A stretch of 18,322 bases of DNA, taken from assembly GCA_029856435.1 (NCBI GenBank), contig JAHQXB010000037.1, positions 1 through 18,322 on the forward strand, in the 5' to 3' direction. The notes below the pieces were generated by a model. That model was not told the DNA's origin. It saw only the letters and a program-made list of their open reading frames with translations, and ran no database searches. The stretch is from Candidatus Jordarchaeia archaeon. GTDB lineage: Archaea > Asgardarchaeota > Jordiarchaeia > Jordiarchaeales > Jordiarchaeaceae. Below, one piece after another: positions 7,337 to 15,435 of this stretch. A program made the position numbers and the translations under genes. Each line of letters starts with the position of its first letter. The stretch's first letter is position 1.

Positions 7337-8431
7337 ATGGCTAAAGCAAGATTTGTTGTAGATAAAAAAATGACGGGAGTAGAAATACTCGTACTTTTCG
7401 GATCCCTCCCCCGACTGAGAGACGCAGAAAAAATCCCGGATACCCTATTCGTATTAACCTGGGACAGACCCTCAGTAAGCTTAGGAAAATATGAGGACTT
7501 AGACGGACTAAAATATGACAACATAAAGAGAGACAAAATACTAATCGGAAGAAGGCCCTCAGGGGCAGGAATATTGTGGGCACCCCCAGGAGGAATGGGA
7601 GCAGGAATAGTGGTTACCAAAGACACCTTTCCCAACATAGACACGGCAGAAAAAATTTGGGCCGGAGAAATTGTAACAGAACTTTATAGAAGAGCAGGAA
7701 TAAGAGACGTGTGGTATAAACATCCAGGCGATGTAAAAATTGGAGAGAGGAAGCTTTCGGGAACTACTTGCATTGAATTTGGGAAGGGAATAATCGTAGG
7801 CTCCTTTATCAACAGACTTAAGCCAGACACCAAGTTCTTTGAAGACTACCTAATATATCCGGAGGAGAAGCTTAAAGACAAAATGCTCAAGGACATCACC
7901 GAATACGCTGCAAGCATCGAAACCCACGCACCCAAACTAATAAGCGAGGAGCAAGTAGCGAGAATCCTCCAAGACCTCGTCAAAGAGAAACTGGGCTTAG
8001 AGTTCCAACCAGGAACTTGGACCCAGGACGAGAAGAACTTCCTACAGTTTGGCATGAGTATGTTAACCGACGAAAAAATGGTGACGAGTGTTTCGCATAG
8101 CAGGTGGTACTCCCAGCTTCAGGCCGGCTTAGCCGCAGCAACCTACCGCTACAAGACCATGAAGCTCATAAGCGCCAACGTAGCCGTCGACGAGACCAAA
8201 AAGATTAGGGACGTCCTGATAACTGGCGACTTCCTGATATCACCAGCTGAAGGCTGGGAAAAAATCATGGAGGCCCTCAAGGGCCTGAAGGCCAATGACG
8301 AGAAAGCCATAAAAAGGGCAATAAAGGAAACGTTTGAAAAGAACAAGATTGACTACTCGGGATTCACACTGGACGACATGGCAAAACCAGTCATAGAAGC
8401 AGGAAAACTAGCCATACAAAAGCTGAAATAA
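7337..8431 (+). CDS. Lipoate-protein ligase family protein (catalytic domain plus C-terminal accessory domain), divergent
   Basis: PSVSLG, RRPSGAG (canonical RRxSGGG), GDV.I..RKLSG with conserved Lys139, PEEKLKDK, and C-terminal I.DV.ITGDF..SP. Confidence 0.8.
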   Translation: MAKARFVVDKKMTGVEILVLFGSLPRLRDAEKIPDTLFVLTWDRPSVSLGKYEDLDGLKYDNIKRDKILIGRRPSGAGILWAPPGGMGAGIVVTKDTFPNIDTAEKIWAGEIVTELYRRAGIRDVWYKHPGDVKIGERKLSGTTCIEFGKGIIVGSFINRLKPDTKFFEDYLIYPEEKLKDKMLKDITEYAASIETHAPKLISEEQVARILQDLVKEKLGLEFQPGTWTQDEKNFLQFGMSMLTDEKMVTSVSHSRWYSQLQAGLAAATYRYKTMKLISANVAVDETKKIRDVLITGDFLISPAEGWEKIMEALKGLKANDEKAIKRAIKETFEKNKIDYSGFTLDDMAKPVIEAGKLAIQKLK

Positions 8432-8438
8432 GAAGGAT

Positions 8439-8462
8439 AAAAAAGCCCTTTTTAACTTTTTA
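8439..8462. terminator. A/T-tract region between the convergent lpl-like gene and acxC; possible intrinsic terminator
   Basis: A-tract and T-tracts (AAAAAAGCCCTTTTTAACTTTTT) immediately after the lpl-like stop. Confidence 0.35.
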
Positions 8463-8563
8463 TTGCTATGAAAAACTCTAGGTTTTCATTCTTTATCTAA
8501 AACGCGTAAGCGTATGTACGTTTGCTATAAAAAACATTTTTCATGTTTTATCTAGAAGAGCTT
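8463..8563. repeat. Two imperfect ~40-bp direct-repeat copies (8463-8502 and 8522-8563)
   Basis: TTGCTATGAAAAACTCTAGGTTTTCATTCTTTATCTAAAA versus TTGCTATAAAAAACATTTTTCATGTTTTATCTAGAAGAGCTT. Copy 1 contains the inverted repeat ATGAAAA-N8-TTTTCAT. Confidence 0.6.
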
Positions 8564-8632
8564 ATGTAGTTTTTTGTACTTCATTTGGGCCGGACTTCAA
8601 ATGTTTGTTTTTATGGCTTGATGATGCTTTTG

Positions 8633-9148
8633 CTATTTGGTTGTTTCTTTGTTTGTAGCGTCTGGTGGGTCTCTTTTTAGCCATTCTTTGTAGAATGTGT
8701 CTATGTCTGGTAGGAAGTCGAATATTGGTGGGTAGAATGGTGGAACAGCTTCGACGTCTAGTAGGGTTTTGCACTGGGGACAGAAGTATTCTCTCAACTC
8801 TTGGTAATTGGTGTTGGTGGACATGTATTTGGGATATATTTCCATTAGTTTTTCTTCGGTGTCTCTTACGTATATGAGTGCGTTTAATTTCCAGTTTTCT
8901 CGGTAATCGCCAAACTCGTAGCCGCAGTCGCACTTGATGATTCTCTTACCCTCCTTGGCCACTATGTAGAGATGCTCTGCGTATGGCAGTATGATTTTCT
9001 CGCTCCAAGGCACCTTTTCCTGTAGTATTTCCAGATACTTGTCGAAGCGGTCTGTGTCCTTGGGTGAACTTAGCATTTCCTTGATTTCAGGCCAGGAAAG
9101 TTTTCCTTCGATGAGTTTTCTAATTCTCTCCTTAGTGTAGCTCGTCAC
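8633..9148 (-). CDS. acxC: Acetone carboxylase gamma subunit
   Basis: KD..RF..Y...LQ..VPW...I.LP..EHLYIV, Zn ligands CDCG and CPQC, ENWKL.A.IYVRDT.E, PP.YP.I.DF.PDID.FY.EWL. GTG start preceded by AGGAGGTG overlapping the acxB stop. Confidence 0.93.
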   Translation of the reverse strand: MTSYTKERIRKLIEGKLSWPEIKEMLSSPKDTDRFDKYLEILQEKVPWSEKIILPYAEHLYIVAKEGKRIIKCDCGYEFGDYRENWKLNALIYVRDTEEKLMEIYPKYMSTNTNYQELREYFCPQCKTLLDVEAVPPFYPPIFDFLPDIDTFYKEWLKRDPPDATNKETTK

Positions 9149-9161
9149 TTAAAACCACCTC

Positions 9162-11417
9162 CTAGAAAAAGAAGTCCTCGGGTAAGCCCCAGAATTCCCT
9201 AAACTCCTTACCCCACCTTTCAGAAATCCTGAAGGAGTCATTGTACATTTCTTTTATTTCTTGGCATACTTCCCTCTTCAGAATCCTCGATCTAGTTTTT
9301 TCAATCCATTCCCTAACTGGAACAGCCTTTCTTCCCCTTTCCTCCCTGAGCTCCTTCCTTTTCTTTTCTGTCTTCTCCCTGTTTACCTTCCATTTCCCGG
9401 ATGCTTCGTCACGCTCCAAAATCACACCATAAGTGCTCTCCGCAAATCTGAAAAGAATGGACTCCTCATTAACATCTTTAGCAACTCTCTCTGGATCCCT
9501 TTCTAGCACGTCGCCGTACCCATCTCCACCCCTCACAGAGTTTATGTAGAGGTCTCCCTGGTTGAAGAGAATTTCAGGAGGAATAATCATCCTCTTCTCG
9601 TAGACATAGTCACCTTTAACATATTTTCTTATTTCAGAGTTTTCTGGGTCAAACTCTCTATAGGGGTAGGGCTGTTTATTTTTGATGAGCTCCATCATGT
9701 TGGTATTGTGTATTTCGCGTCTATAGCCACCAGCAGCAGGGTAGCCTCCAAATAGTCCTCCACTGGTAAATATGCTTATACCCATCCACATAAGTTCATA
9801 GTTATTGGTTTTCCAGAGCATACGCACTGATTCAAAGCCGTTGCCACCCCGGAATTTTCCAGGACCAGCAGAGTTAGGCTGAACCCTCCTACCCAAATAT
9901 AGTAGTGGTTCCACTATCTCCCATACCTCTACGTCACCCATGTCAGCTTCGGGGTTAAACATGGCAAAAGCGTGGTCTAAACCGTCCTCAAAGGCCCTAG
10001 CTCCGAGACCCGAACTTGCAAACTCAAAGTTAAACATTGCAGACTCCTGACCCAAATGATCCTTTCCGCCGCCGGACATCAGATTGTGACACACCGTCAT
10101 ACCCGCCAAAACCTCCTCAATAAATCCCCTGGAGAAGTATCCCCTACTATAAGATCTGAAAAGGCCATTGAGACCAGTAATGAAGCTCCCCCAACTAAAG
10201 ACGGTACAGGGGAGTGTTGATTCTGGATTGAGAATAGAACCATAGGGAAGTTTAAGCTCAAACACTAACGATAGACCGGCGTTTATTTTGTCGCTGGGCC
10301 AGATTATCTCCGAGCTGATGGAGTAGAGGCCGCCATAAACGGCGCTGGGTGAGGCGTTGAAGGAGTGGTAGCCCCATTTTGAAGCCCCATCAAAATCTAT
10401 TATGATTTTACCGTCGGGCTTTATGGTCATCTCCATGGGCATATGCATCACGGTGTCCTTAGCTGCTCTAGCAGGTACTCTTTTTGATCCCTTGAATGTT
10501 ACATCGCCGAAGGAGGCTGAGCGGTAGCGTCCCGGAATCATGGTTCTTTTTATAACCTCTAGTACTGACAATCGGCCATCTTCTATGGCTTCACGGATGA
10601 AGCGTTTGAAGTTTTCTATTCCGATCTCTTTTATCACTTTGTGAACTGAGTTCCGGATTATGTCGCAACCAGCTAGCCTGGCTTTCTCGTCCAGTTTCCA
10701 GTAAATGGGGTTTCTTATGAGGCGTTCACATCTCACTTCCCAATACTTGTAAATTGTGTCATTTTCGCCAATTTTTTCGCAGGGAGCCTTAAGTCCCTCC
10801 TCGTAACAGGTGGTGGGCCCCACGGGTGCTGTGCCTGGTACCACTGCTCCAATGTCTAGGCCGTGTATGCAGGCTCCAGCCCACGCCACCAATTCTCCCT
10901 TCCAGAAGATTGGCTTTATGGTGTGAACATCTGCGGTGTGACAGTTTCCTATGAAAACATCGTTATTACAGAAAACATCGCCTGGCGCAATTCCTGGATT
11001 ATCCTCGTAGTCGTTTCTAATCATCCACTTTATGGCATCACTCATGGTTCTCACGTGGGTGATTATTCCTGTGGAGATTGCAATTGTGTCACCCTCTGGA
11101 GTATAAAGGGTGAAGCATAATTCTCCTAACTCTTGGACGATAGGTGAGGCGGAAATGTTCATGGAGGTTTCTCGGGCGCTGACTAGGGAGCCTCTGATGA
11201 GTGCGAATATCCGCTCGTAGACCAGTGGATTCTGATCCTTGTATTCCAATTTTTCTAGTCCATAGTATCTTCCTGTTTTTTGGAAAAGTTCCTCGGATTC
11301 CTTTAACATTTCTTTAAGAGTTTTACCGTTCCAACCAATTTTTCGGGTTCTTGAGCCTTCTACTCCCTCAATCTCTACCAATTGGGGTTCTCTAACAAAA
11401 CTTGGCACTTTCCTCAT
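9162..11417 (-). CDS. acxB: Acetone carboxylase alpha subunit (hydantoinase B/oxoprolinase family)
   Basis: IGWNG.TL..ML, SPIVQE.GELCFTLY, NNDV.IGNCH.AD...W...IH..D.G, PGRYR and EFWGLPED motifs. Putative Mn ligands E99/H160/D163/H185. ATGA overlap with acxA. Confidence 0.93.
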   Translation of the reverse strand: MRKVPSFVREPQLVEIEGVEGSRTRKIGWNGKTLKEMLKESEELFQKTGRYYGLEKLEYKDQNPLVYERIFALIRGSLVSARETSMNISASPIVQELGELCFTLYTPEGDTIAISTGIITHVRTMSDAIKWMIRNDYEDNPGIAPGDVFCNNDVFIGNCHTADVHTIKPIFWKGELVAWAGACIHGLDIGAVVPGTAPVGPTTCYEEGLKAPCEKIGENDTIYKYWEVRCERLIRNPIYWKLDEKARLAGCDIIRNSVHKVIKEIGIENFKRFIREAIEDGRLSVLEVIKRTMIPGRYRSASFGDVTFKGSKRVPARAAKDTVMHMPMEMTIKPDGKIIIDFDGASKWGYHSFNASPSAVYGGLYSISSEIIWPSDKINAGLSLVFELKLPYGSILNPESTLPCTVFSWGSFITGLNGLFRSYSRGYFSRGFIEEVLAGMTVCHNLMSGGGKDHLGQESAMFNFEFASSGLGARAFEDGLDHAFAMFNPEADMGDVEVWEIVEPLLYLGRRVQPNSAGPGKFRGGNGFESVRMLWKTNNYELMWMGISIFTSGGLFGGYPAAGGYRREIHNTNMMELIKNKQPYPYREFDPENSEIRKYVKGDYVYEKRMIIPPEILFNQGDLYINSVRGGDGYGDVLERDPERVAKDVNEESILFRFAESTYGVILERDEASGKWKVNREKTEKKRKELREERGRKAVPVREWIEKTRSRILKREVCQEIKEMYNDSFRISERWGKEFREFWGLPEDFFF

Positions 11418-13549
11418 TTCCTCCTTATGTGAAATATTCTATACTCGTCTAGGTATGCATAACAGTCTCGGGGCAGGAAAAGAGTGGTGTTGGGAGATTC
11501 TATAATTGCGGTGCCATTGATTTCGTTTCCTGCGTCTAGTAGATGCATTTCGTACACTTCTCCGGATGACCATTGGCTTCTCCAGTAAACGTCTCTTTCT
11601 CCCTTGAAGGCCTCTTCGGGGGGCTTTCTGCCCTTCTTTTCCTCCTTGTATAGCACTGGTTTTTTTAGGGGGTATCTTCCAACTCCTATGGTGTATGTGA
11701 AGTAGTATCCTGCTTCGGGTAGTTTTGCGCTTCGGGCGTAAATTTTTTCGTAGTGTTTTTCAAAGGTTTCAATTACTTTGTCCATATCTTTTCCTGAGAG
11801 TATCTTTTCTACTGGAGAGGGGAATTCTAGGTCGGTGAGTTGGCCTGCGTATTGCATTCTGGCGTAGGGGTGGAAAGTTATTTTTTCCTTTTCGCAGCCG
11901 GCATCTATTAGTTCTTTGAAGCATTCCTCTCTCTGGGAGTTCCAGAATCCGGTAACCAGTGAACCAATAAAGCTCTTAAATTCGTCATTGGCATTAGGCC
12001 AAATGGGAAGGTCTGATGAGCGATCTCTTCTAGCCTCTAGATTCCCACAGGCACAGCCAAAGGCCGAAAAGGCAGCCGCCCAACTGGGAACCAAGACATC
12101 CAAAAAGGGGATTTCTCGAGTATAGTTAGCCGCTAGGACCGGGCCACCCCCACCATAGGAAAGCAGAACATAGTCAACCGGTGAATAGCCTCTACCCAAT
12201 ATGGCTCCGTAAACAATGTCCCTCATCTGGGTCTCAAGTAATTCTACAATTCCTGCAGCGGCATCGTAAGTGTCTAGGCCCAGTTCGGATGCTACTTGTT
12301 TTTCTATCTCTTTGTACGCTTTTTCCTTGTTTAGCTTTATTTCTCCGCCTAAAAAGTAGTCTGGGTTCAGAACTCCCAGTATTAGCTCGCAATCAGTAAT
12401 GGTGGGCCACTGTACCCCGCCTTCCTCATATGAGACTCCTATACGGTAACCAGCACTGTCTGGACCGATTTCTACCCTCTTTGATATGGGATCCACTCGT
12501 ACATAGCTTCCCATACCTGCTCCTCGACTCTCTGTAGCCACCATGGGGAGATTAATGAGAAACCTGCCTATTTCGGGGTTGGCTTCAATAGTGTATTCTC
12601 CGTCGGTTATTAGCCCCACATCAAAGCTTGTTCCACCAACATCGGTGCACACAATGTTTCTTATGCCTAAGACTTCTCCCAAATATTTGCCTCCAATTAT
12701 TCCGCCTATGGGACCGGAAGTCATGGAGCGAATCAACTGTTTTGTTTCTATACTAATTGCGCCTCCATGGCTTGACATAATCCGGAGGTCGAATCTTGAC
12801 TTTAGTTTTTTCAGTTCTTGGTCAATTTTTCTCAGTTGACTTCTTGATCCTTCAGCAGCGTAGGCTTCCAGAGTTACTACATTCATTCTTGGAAAATCGC
12901 CTCTGATAGGATGGAATTCGGAGGCGGTTATGATGGGAATGTTCACCTTTCTCTCTGCCAAGATTTTTTGTGCTATTTCTTTGGCTCTGCTCTCGTGAAT
13001 CCCATTCCTATAGGAATAAAGAAAATTGATGACAATAGCTTCGACTCCTAGGTCTAATAGTTCTTTAACCGCTGATTCCACTTCGTGCTCATATAGGGGT
13101 ATTACTATGTCCCCCATGACATCTATTCTCTCCCTTACTCCTCGAATAAGCTCCTCGGGTATGAGTGGCTCATTGTGAATGTGGGTGGCAGCGTGGAACC
13201 TGTCCTGGTAGGAGTATCCCATATAGGTTTGTTTGGCTCTCTCCAGGCGGAAATAGTGTTCCATTCCCTTTGTTACTATAGCTCCCACTTTGCGGCCCTT
13301 CCTCTCGAGAACCCTGTTGAGCATGGTGGTTCCAGAGTAAATGGCAGTTTCAAGGCTGGGAACAGCTTCTTCAGCCTTCATATCCCAATAATTTAAAGCA
13401 TTACTCAGAGAGGCCAGAAATCCTATGGACTCATCGTGAGGAGTGCTACGCGCCTTACCGATGGTGAAGCGGCCCTCGTCGTCTATAATTATGGTATCTG
13501 TCATCGTGCCGCCAGCATCAATTGCCAGAACATTTGGAACCTTCACCAA
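11414..13549 (-). CDS. acxA: Acetone carboxylase beta subunit (ATP-binding, hydantoinase A/oxoprolinase family)
   Basis: ASKHA motifs IDAGGTMTDT and DVGGTSFD, plus YSGT.MLNR...RKG, SGPIGG.IG.KYLGEVLG, GPDSAGYR.GV, VP.WAA.FSAFGC and MQY.GQL.DLE. Start is TTG 13549 or GTG 13546, after a GGTGA RBS at 13556-13560. Confidence 0.93.
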   Translation of the reverse strand: MVKVPNVLAIDAGGTMTDTIIIDDEGRFTIGKARSTPHDESIGFLASLSNALNYWDMKAEEAVPSLETAIYSGTTMLNRVLERKGRKVGAIVTKGMEHYFRLERAKQTYMGYSYQDRFHAATHIHNEPLIPEELIRGVRERIDVMGDIVIPLYEHEVESAVKELLDLGVEAIVINFLYSYRNGIHESRAKEIAQKILAERKVNIPIITASEFHPIRGDFPRMNVVTLEAYAAEGSRSQLRKIDQELKKLKSRFDLRIMSSHGGAISIETKQLIRSMTSGPIGGIIGGKYLGEVLGIRNIVCTDVGGTSFDVGLITDGEYTIEANPEIGRFLINLPMVATESRGAGMGSYVRVDPISKRVEIGPDSAGYRIGVSYEEGGVQWPTITDCELILGVLNPDYFLGGEIKLNKEKAYKEIEKQVASELGLDTYDAAAGIVELLETQMRDIVYGAILGRGYSPVDYVLLSYGGGGPVLAANYTREIPFLDVLVPSWAAAFSAFGCACGNLEARRDRSSDLPIWPNANDEFKSFIGSLVTGFWNSQREECFKELIDAGCEKEKITFHPYARMQYAGQLTDLEFPSPVEKILSGKDMDKVIETFEKHYEKIYARSAKLPEAGYYFTYTIGVGRYPLKKPVLYKEEKKGRKPPEEAFKGERDVYWRSQWSSGEVYEMHLLDAGNEINGTAIIESPNTTLFLPRDCYAYLDEYRIFHIRRK

Positions 13550-13575
13550 TTTTTATCACCGATTATTTTCAAACC

Positions 13576-13609
13576 AAAAACAATTCATAGCTTATCTAGA
13601 AAGAAGCTT
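13576..13609. repeat. Third copy of the repeat seen at 8463-8563, same orientation, immediately upstream of acxA
   Basis: AAAAACAATTCATAGCTTATCTAGAAAGAAGCTT shares AAAAACA, TTCAT-N3-TTATCTAGAA and GCTT with 8530-8563. Confidence 0.5.
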
Positions 13610-13867
13610 TATATTTTTAATTCAAGTTTCTAAATTTTTATTATTCGCACATATAAAATTATCCAACAGTTTGTCAAGTTGCAAAACATATAAATTTTTT
13701 AACATATACTATTAATTACTGTAAAATTTTCAAAAAAACAATATAAAAATTATAAAAAATTCAATTTAGGCAAATGTGTTAAGAACCAAAATCACGCCAC
13801 AAGGCAACTCTGGTATCATGCCAAAGAGGGAACAGCATAAAGTTTACTCAGGAGAAGAATAATATTT

Positions 13868-14512
13868 TTAGTAATCATTGGAGAGGGATTCTACAAATGA
13901 GTAGTCTAATTTTATGTTTTCGTTGGCGTTCCCAATGACGGGGACATCGTGACCCGGTAGGAGTATCTCAACATCTAGTTCTGTTAGCTTTTTTATGGAT
14001 TTTTTAAGTTCAATTATGTCGCCTCCGGGGATGTCTGTGCGTCCCACCCCATAGGCAAATATGGTGTCTCCGGAAAAAAGGATCTTTTTCTCCGCATTGT
14101 ATAGGCAGATGCTGCCTGGGGAATGACCCGGAGTGTGGATAACTTTAAAATTCATGTTCCCCAGCGGTATTATGTCTCCGTCCTTTAGCTTGACTTGAAC
14201 ATTGAAGCCCGCCTTTTTCTCAATGTAGGCAGCCTCAATTTCGTGAATCATTACTTCAGCTGCACAGAAATCCACTACTTCAAGCACTCCGCCAATGTGG
14301 TCTGGGTGGAAGTGGGTTATTACCAATTTTTTTATGTTCAGAGGATCCAAGCCCAGAGATTCGATATCTTTGATGAAGTGGCTCCTGAAATCTCCAGTTA
14401 AGCCAGAATCAACTAGTGCCAGTTCACCCTTGCCCACCACGTAAACGTTTGAACCCCAAGAACGCCCAGGAATCATTGCTATTTGATCAATTATCTCCAT
14501 TTCAAATTTCAC
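13868..14512 (-). CDS. MBL-fold metallo-hydrolase (glyoxalase II-like)
   Basis: THFHPDHIGG (HxHxDH), HTPGHSPGS, FSGDT.F..G.GRTD and LPGH. The start is probably ATG 14500, because GGGTGA at 14509-14514 sits at RBS distance from it. Confidence 0.9.
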   Translation of the reverse strand: MKFEMEIIDQIAMIPGRSWGSNVYVVGKGELALVDSGLTGDFRSHFIKDIESLGLDPLNIKKLVITHFHPDHIGGVLEVVDFCAAEVMIHEIEAAYIEKKAGFNVQVKLKDGDIIPLGNMNFKVIHTPGHSPGSICLYNAEKKILFSGDTIFAYGVGRTDIPGGDIIELKKSIKKLTELDVEILLPGHDVPVIGNANENIKLDYSFVESLSNDY

Positions 14513-14550
14513 CCTTTCTCGGAAGATTAACTATACAGAGACCTAAACAC

Positions 14551-14564
14551 ATTTATATTTTCGC
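14551..14564 (-). promoter_or_regulatory. BRE+TATA candidate for the MBL gene (GCGAAA-ATATAAAT)
   Basis: Consensus-like motif about 50 nt upstream of the probable start. Confidence 0.55.
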
Positions 14565-14688
14565 CTAGGTTTAGAATCTGAGTTCAATGGTTGAATTTTT
14601 AAGTGATAGGAAAATGTTATTTCTAAAAGTTTGTAAAGAATTTAATTATGCAATGTTATTTTGCAAGTTGTTGGAGGTTTAGTTAGTT

Positions 14689-15108
14689 ATGCCGAGTGTG
14701 GAAGAGCTTTTGGAGAAGGCTAAGGATTTCTATCCTAAACACCCAGACCTTATGAAGCATCTGGAGATAGGAGCGCTGTGGGAGTATCATGTTCGCCCCT
14801 TCACACTGGACAGCAATGATAAGCTCGTCTTCCACTTAACAAAGCTTTCTGAGAAGGAAATCAGGTTTGAACAGGGACCGGCGCCAGAAAAGCCTGACTT
14901 AATACTGTATTTTACGGAGAACGCCATGGTGAAACTGGTTGATGAATCAAAGGATGCTGACACCTACTATGAGAATTACCGTGAAATACTCAAAAACCCC
15001 GATGTGGGAGTGGAACTGGACTACAAAATAAATAAACCCCGCCTAAAACTCTTTAGAATGGGCTACAAAGAATGGGCAGACGCCTACAAGTTCCAAGCCT
15101 GGACTTAA
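14689..15108 (+). CDS. Hypothetical protein, possibly SCP2 (sterol carrier/lipid-binding) fold
   Basis: 139-aa ORF with GGAGGT RBS at 14673-14678. The segment F..GPAPEKPDLILYFTE..M.KL resembles the SCP2 G...xPD.tl......f..l pattern. The fold call is weak. Confidence 0.75.
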   Translation: MPSVEELLEKAKDFYPKHPDLMKHLEIGALWEYHVRPFTLDSNDKLVFHLTKLSEKEIRFEQGPAPEKPDLILYFTENAMVKLVDESKDADTYYENYREILKNPDVGVELDYKINKPRLKLFRMGYKEWADAYKFQAWT

Positions 15109-15162
15109 AACCAAAAAAGTCGAGGATTCACCCTTTGACCTTTTAATCGATATGGGAACCAT

Positions 15163-15435
15163 TTAATAAAATATTTTATCTGATCTTTTCATCTTTAGAT
15201 ATTCTTCCATGTAGGCTCTTAGCCCTTTTTCTCCAGCGGCTTGGATGGCTAATTCTTTATCACCAATTATCTTTACTTCTACTTCGTCTAGGGAGTAGTC
15301 GGAATCTAAAGAGTCGTCATTGGCAATATCTACTCTCAGCGAGTTGCCCACCCTCACCATACACTTCCTTTTCCCTTCCACAATTCTTGTTACGTATTCC
15401 CCTGTGATGTAATCCCAACCCTTGGTTACCTTCAT
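15163..15435 (-). CDS. Small hypothetical protein (90 aa)
   Basis: ATG start with GAGGAG RBS 9 nt upstream, natural charged-globular composition, fills an otherwise empty gap. No recognised family. Confidence 0.7.
   Translation of the reverse strand: MKVTKGWDYITGEYVTRIVEGKRKCMVRVGNSLRVDIANDDSLDSDYSLDEVEVKIIGDKELAIQAAGEKGLRAYMEEYLKMKRSDKIFY

Noticed and set aside
8463-8563. CRISPR array or XerA dif site interpretation of the repeats
   Set aside because: Only two unequal copies with a 19-nt spacer and no cas genes. TTTATCTAAA resembles one archaeal dif arm, but a matching inverted arm is absent.
8633-13549. Annotation as N-methylhydantoinase/5-oxoprolinase
   Set aside because: A gamma subunit is present and the motifs are AcxA/AcxB-specific, favouring acetone carboxylase.
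5401-13610. Shared 12-mer GAAAGAAGCTTT (minus strand 5401-5412; plus strand 13599-13610)
   Set aside because: No similarity outside the 12-mer; compatible with chance.
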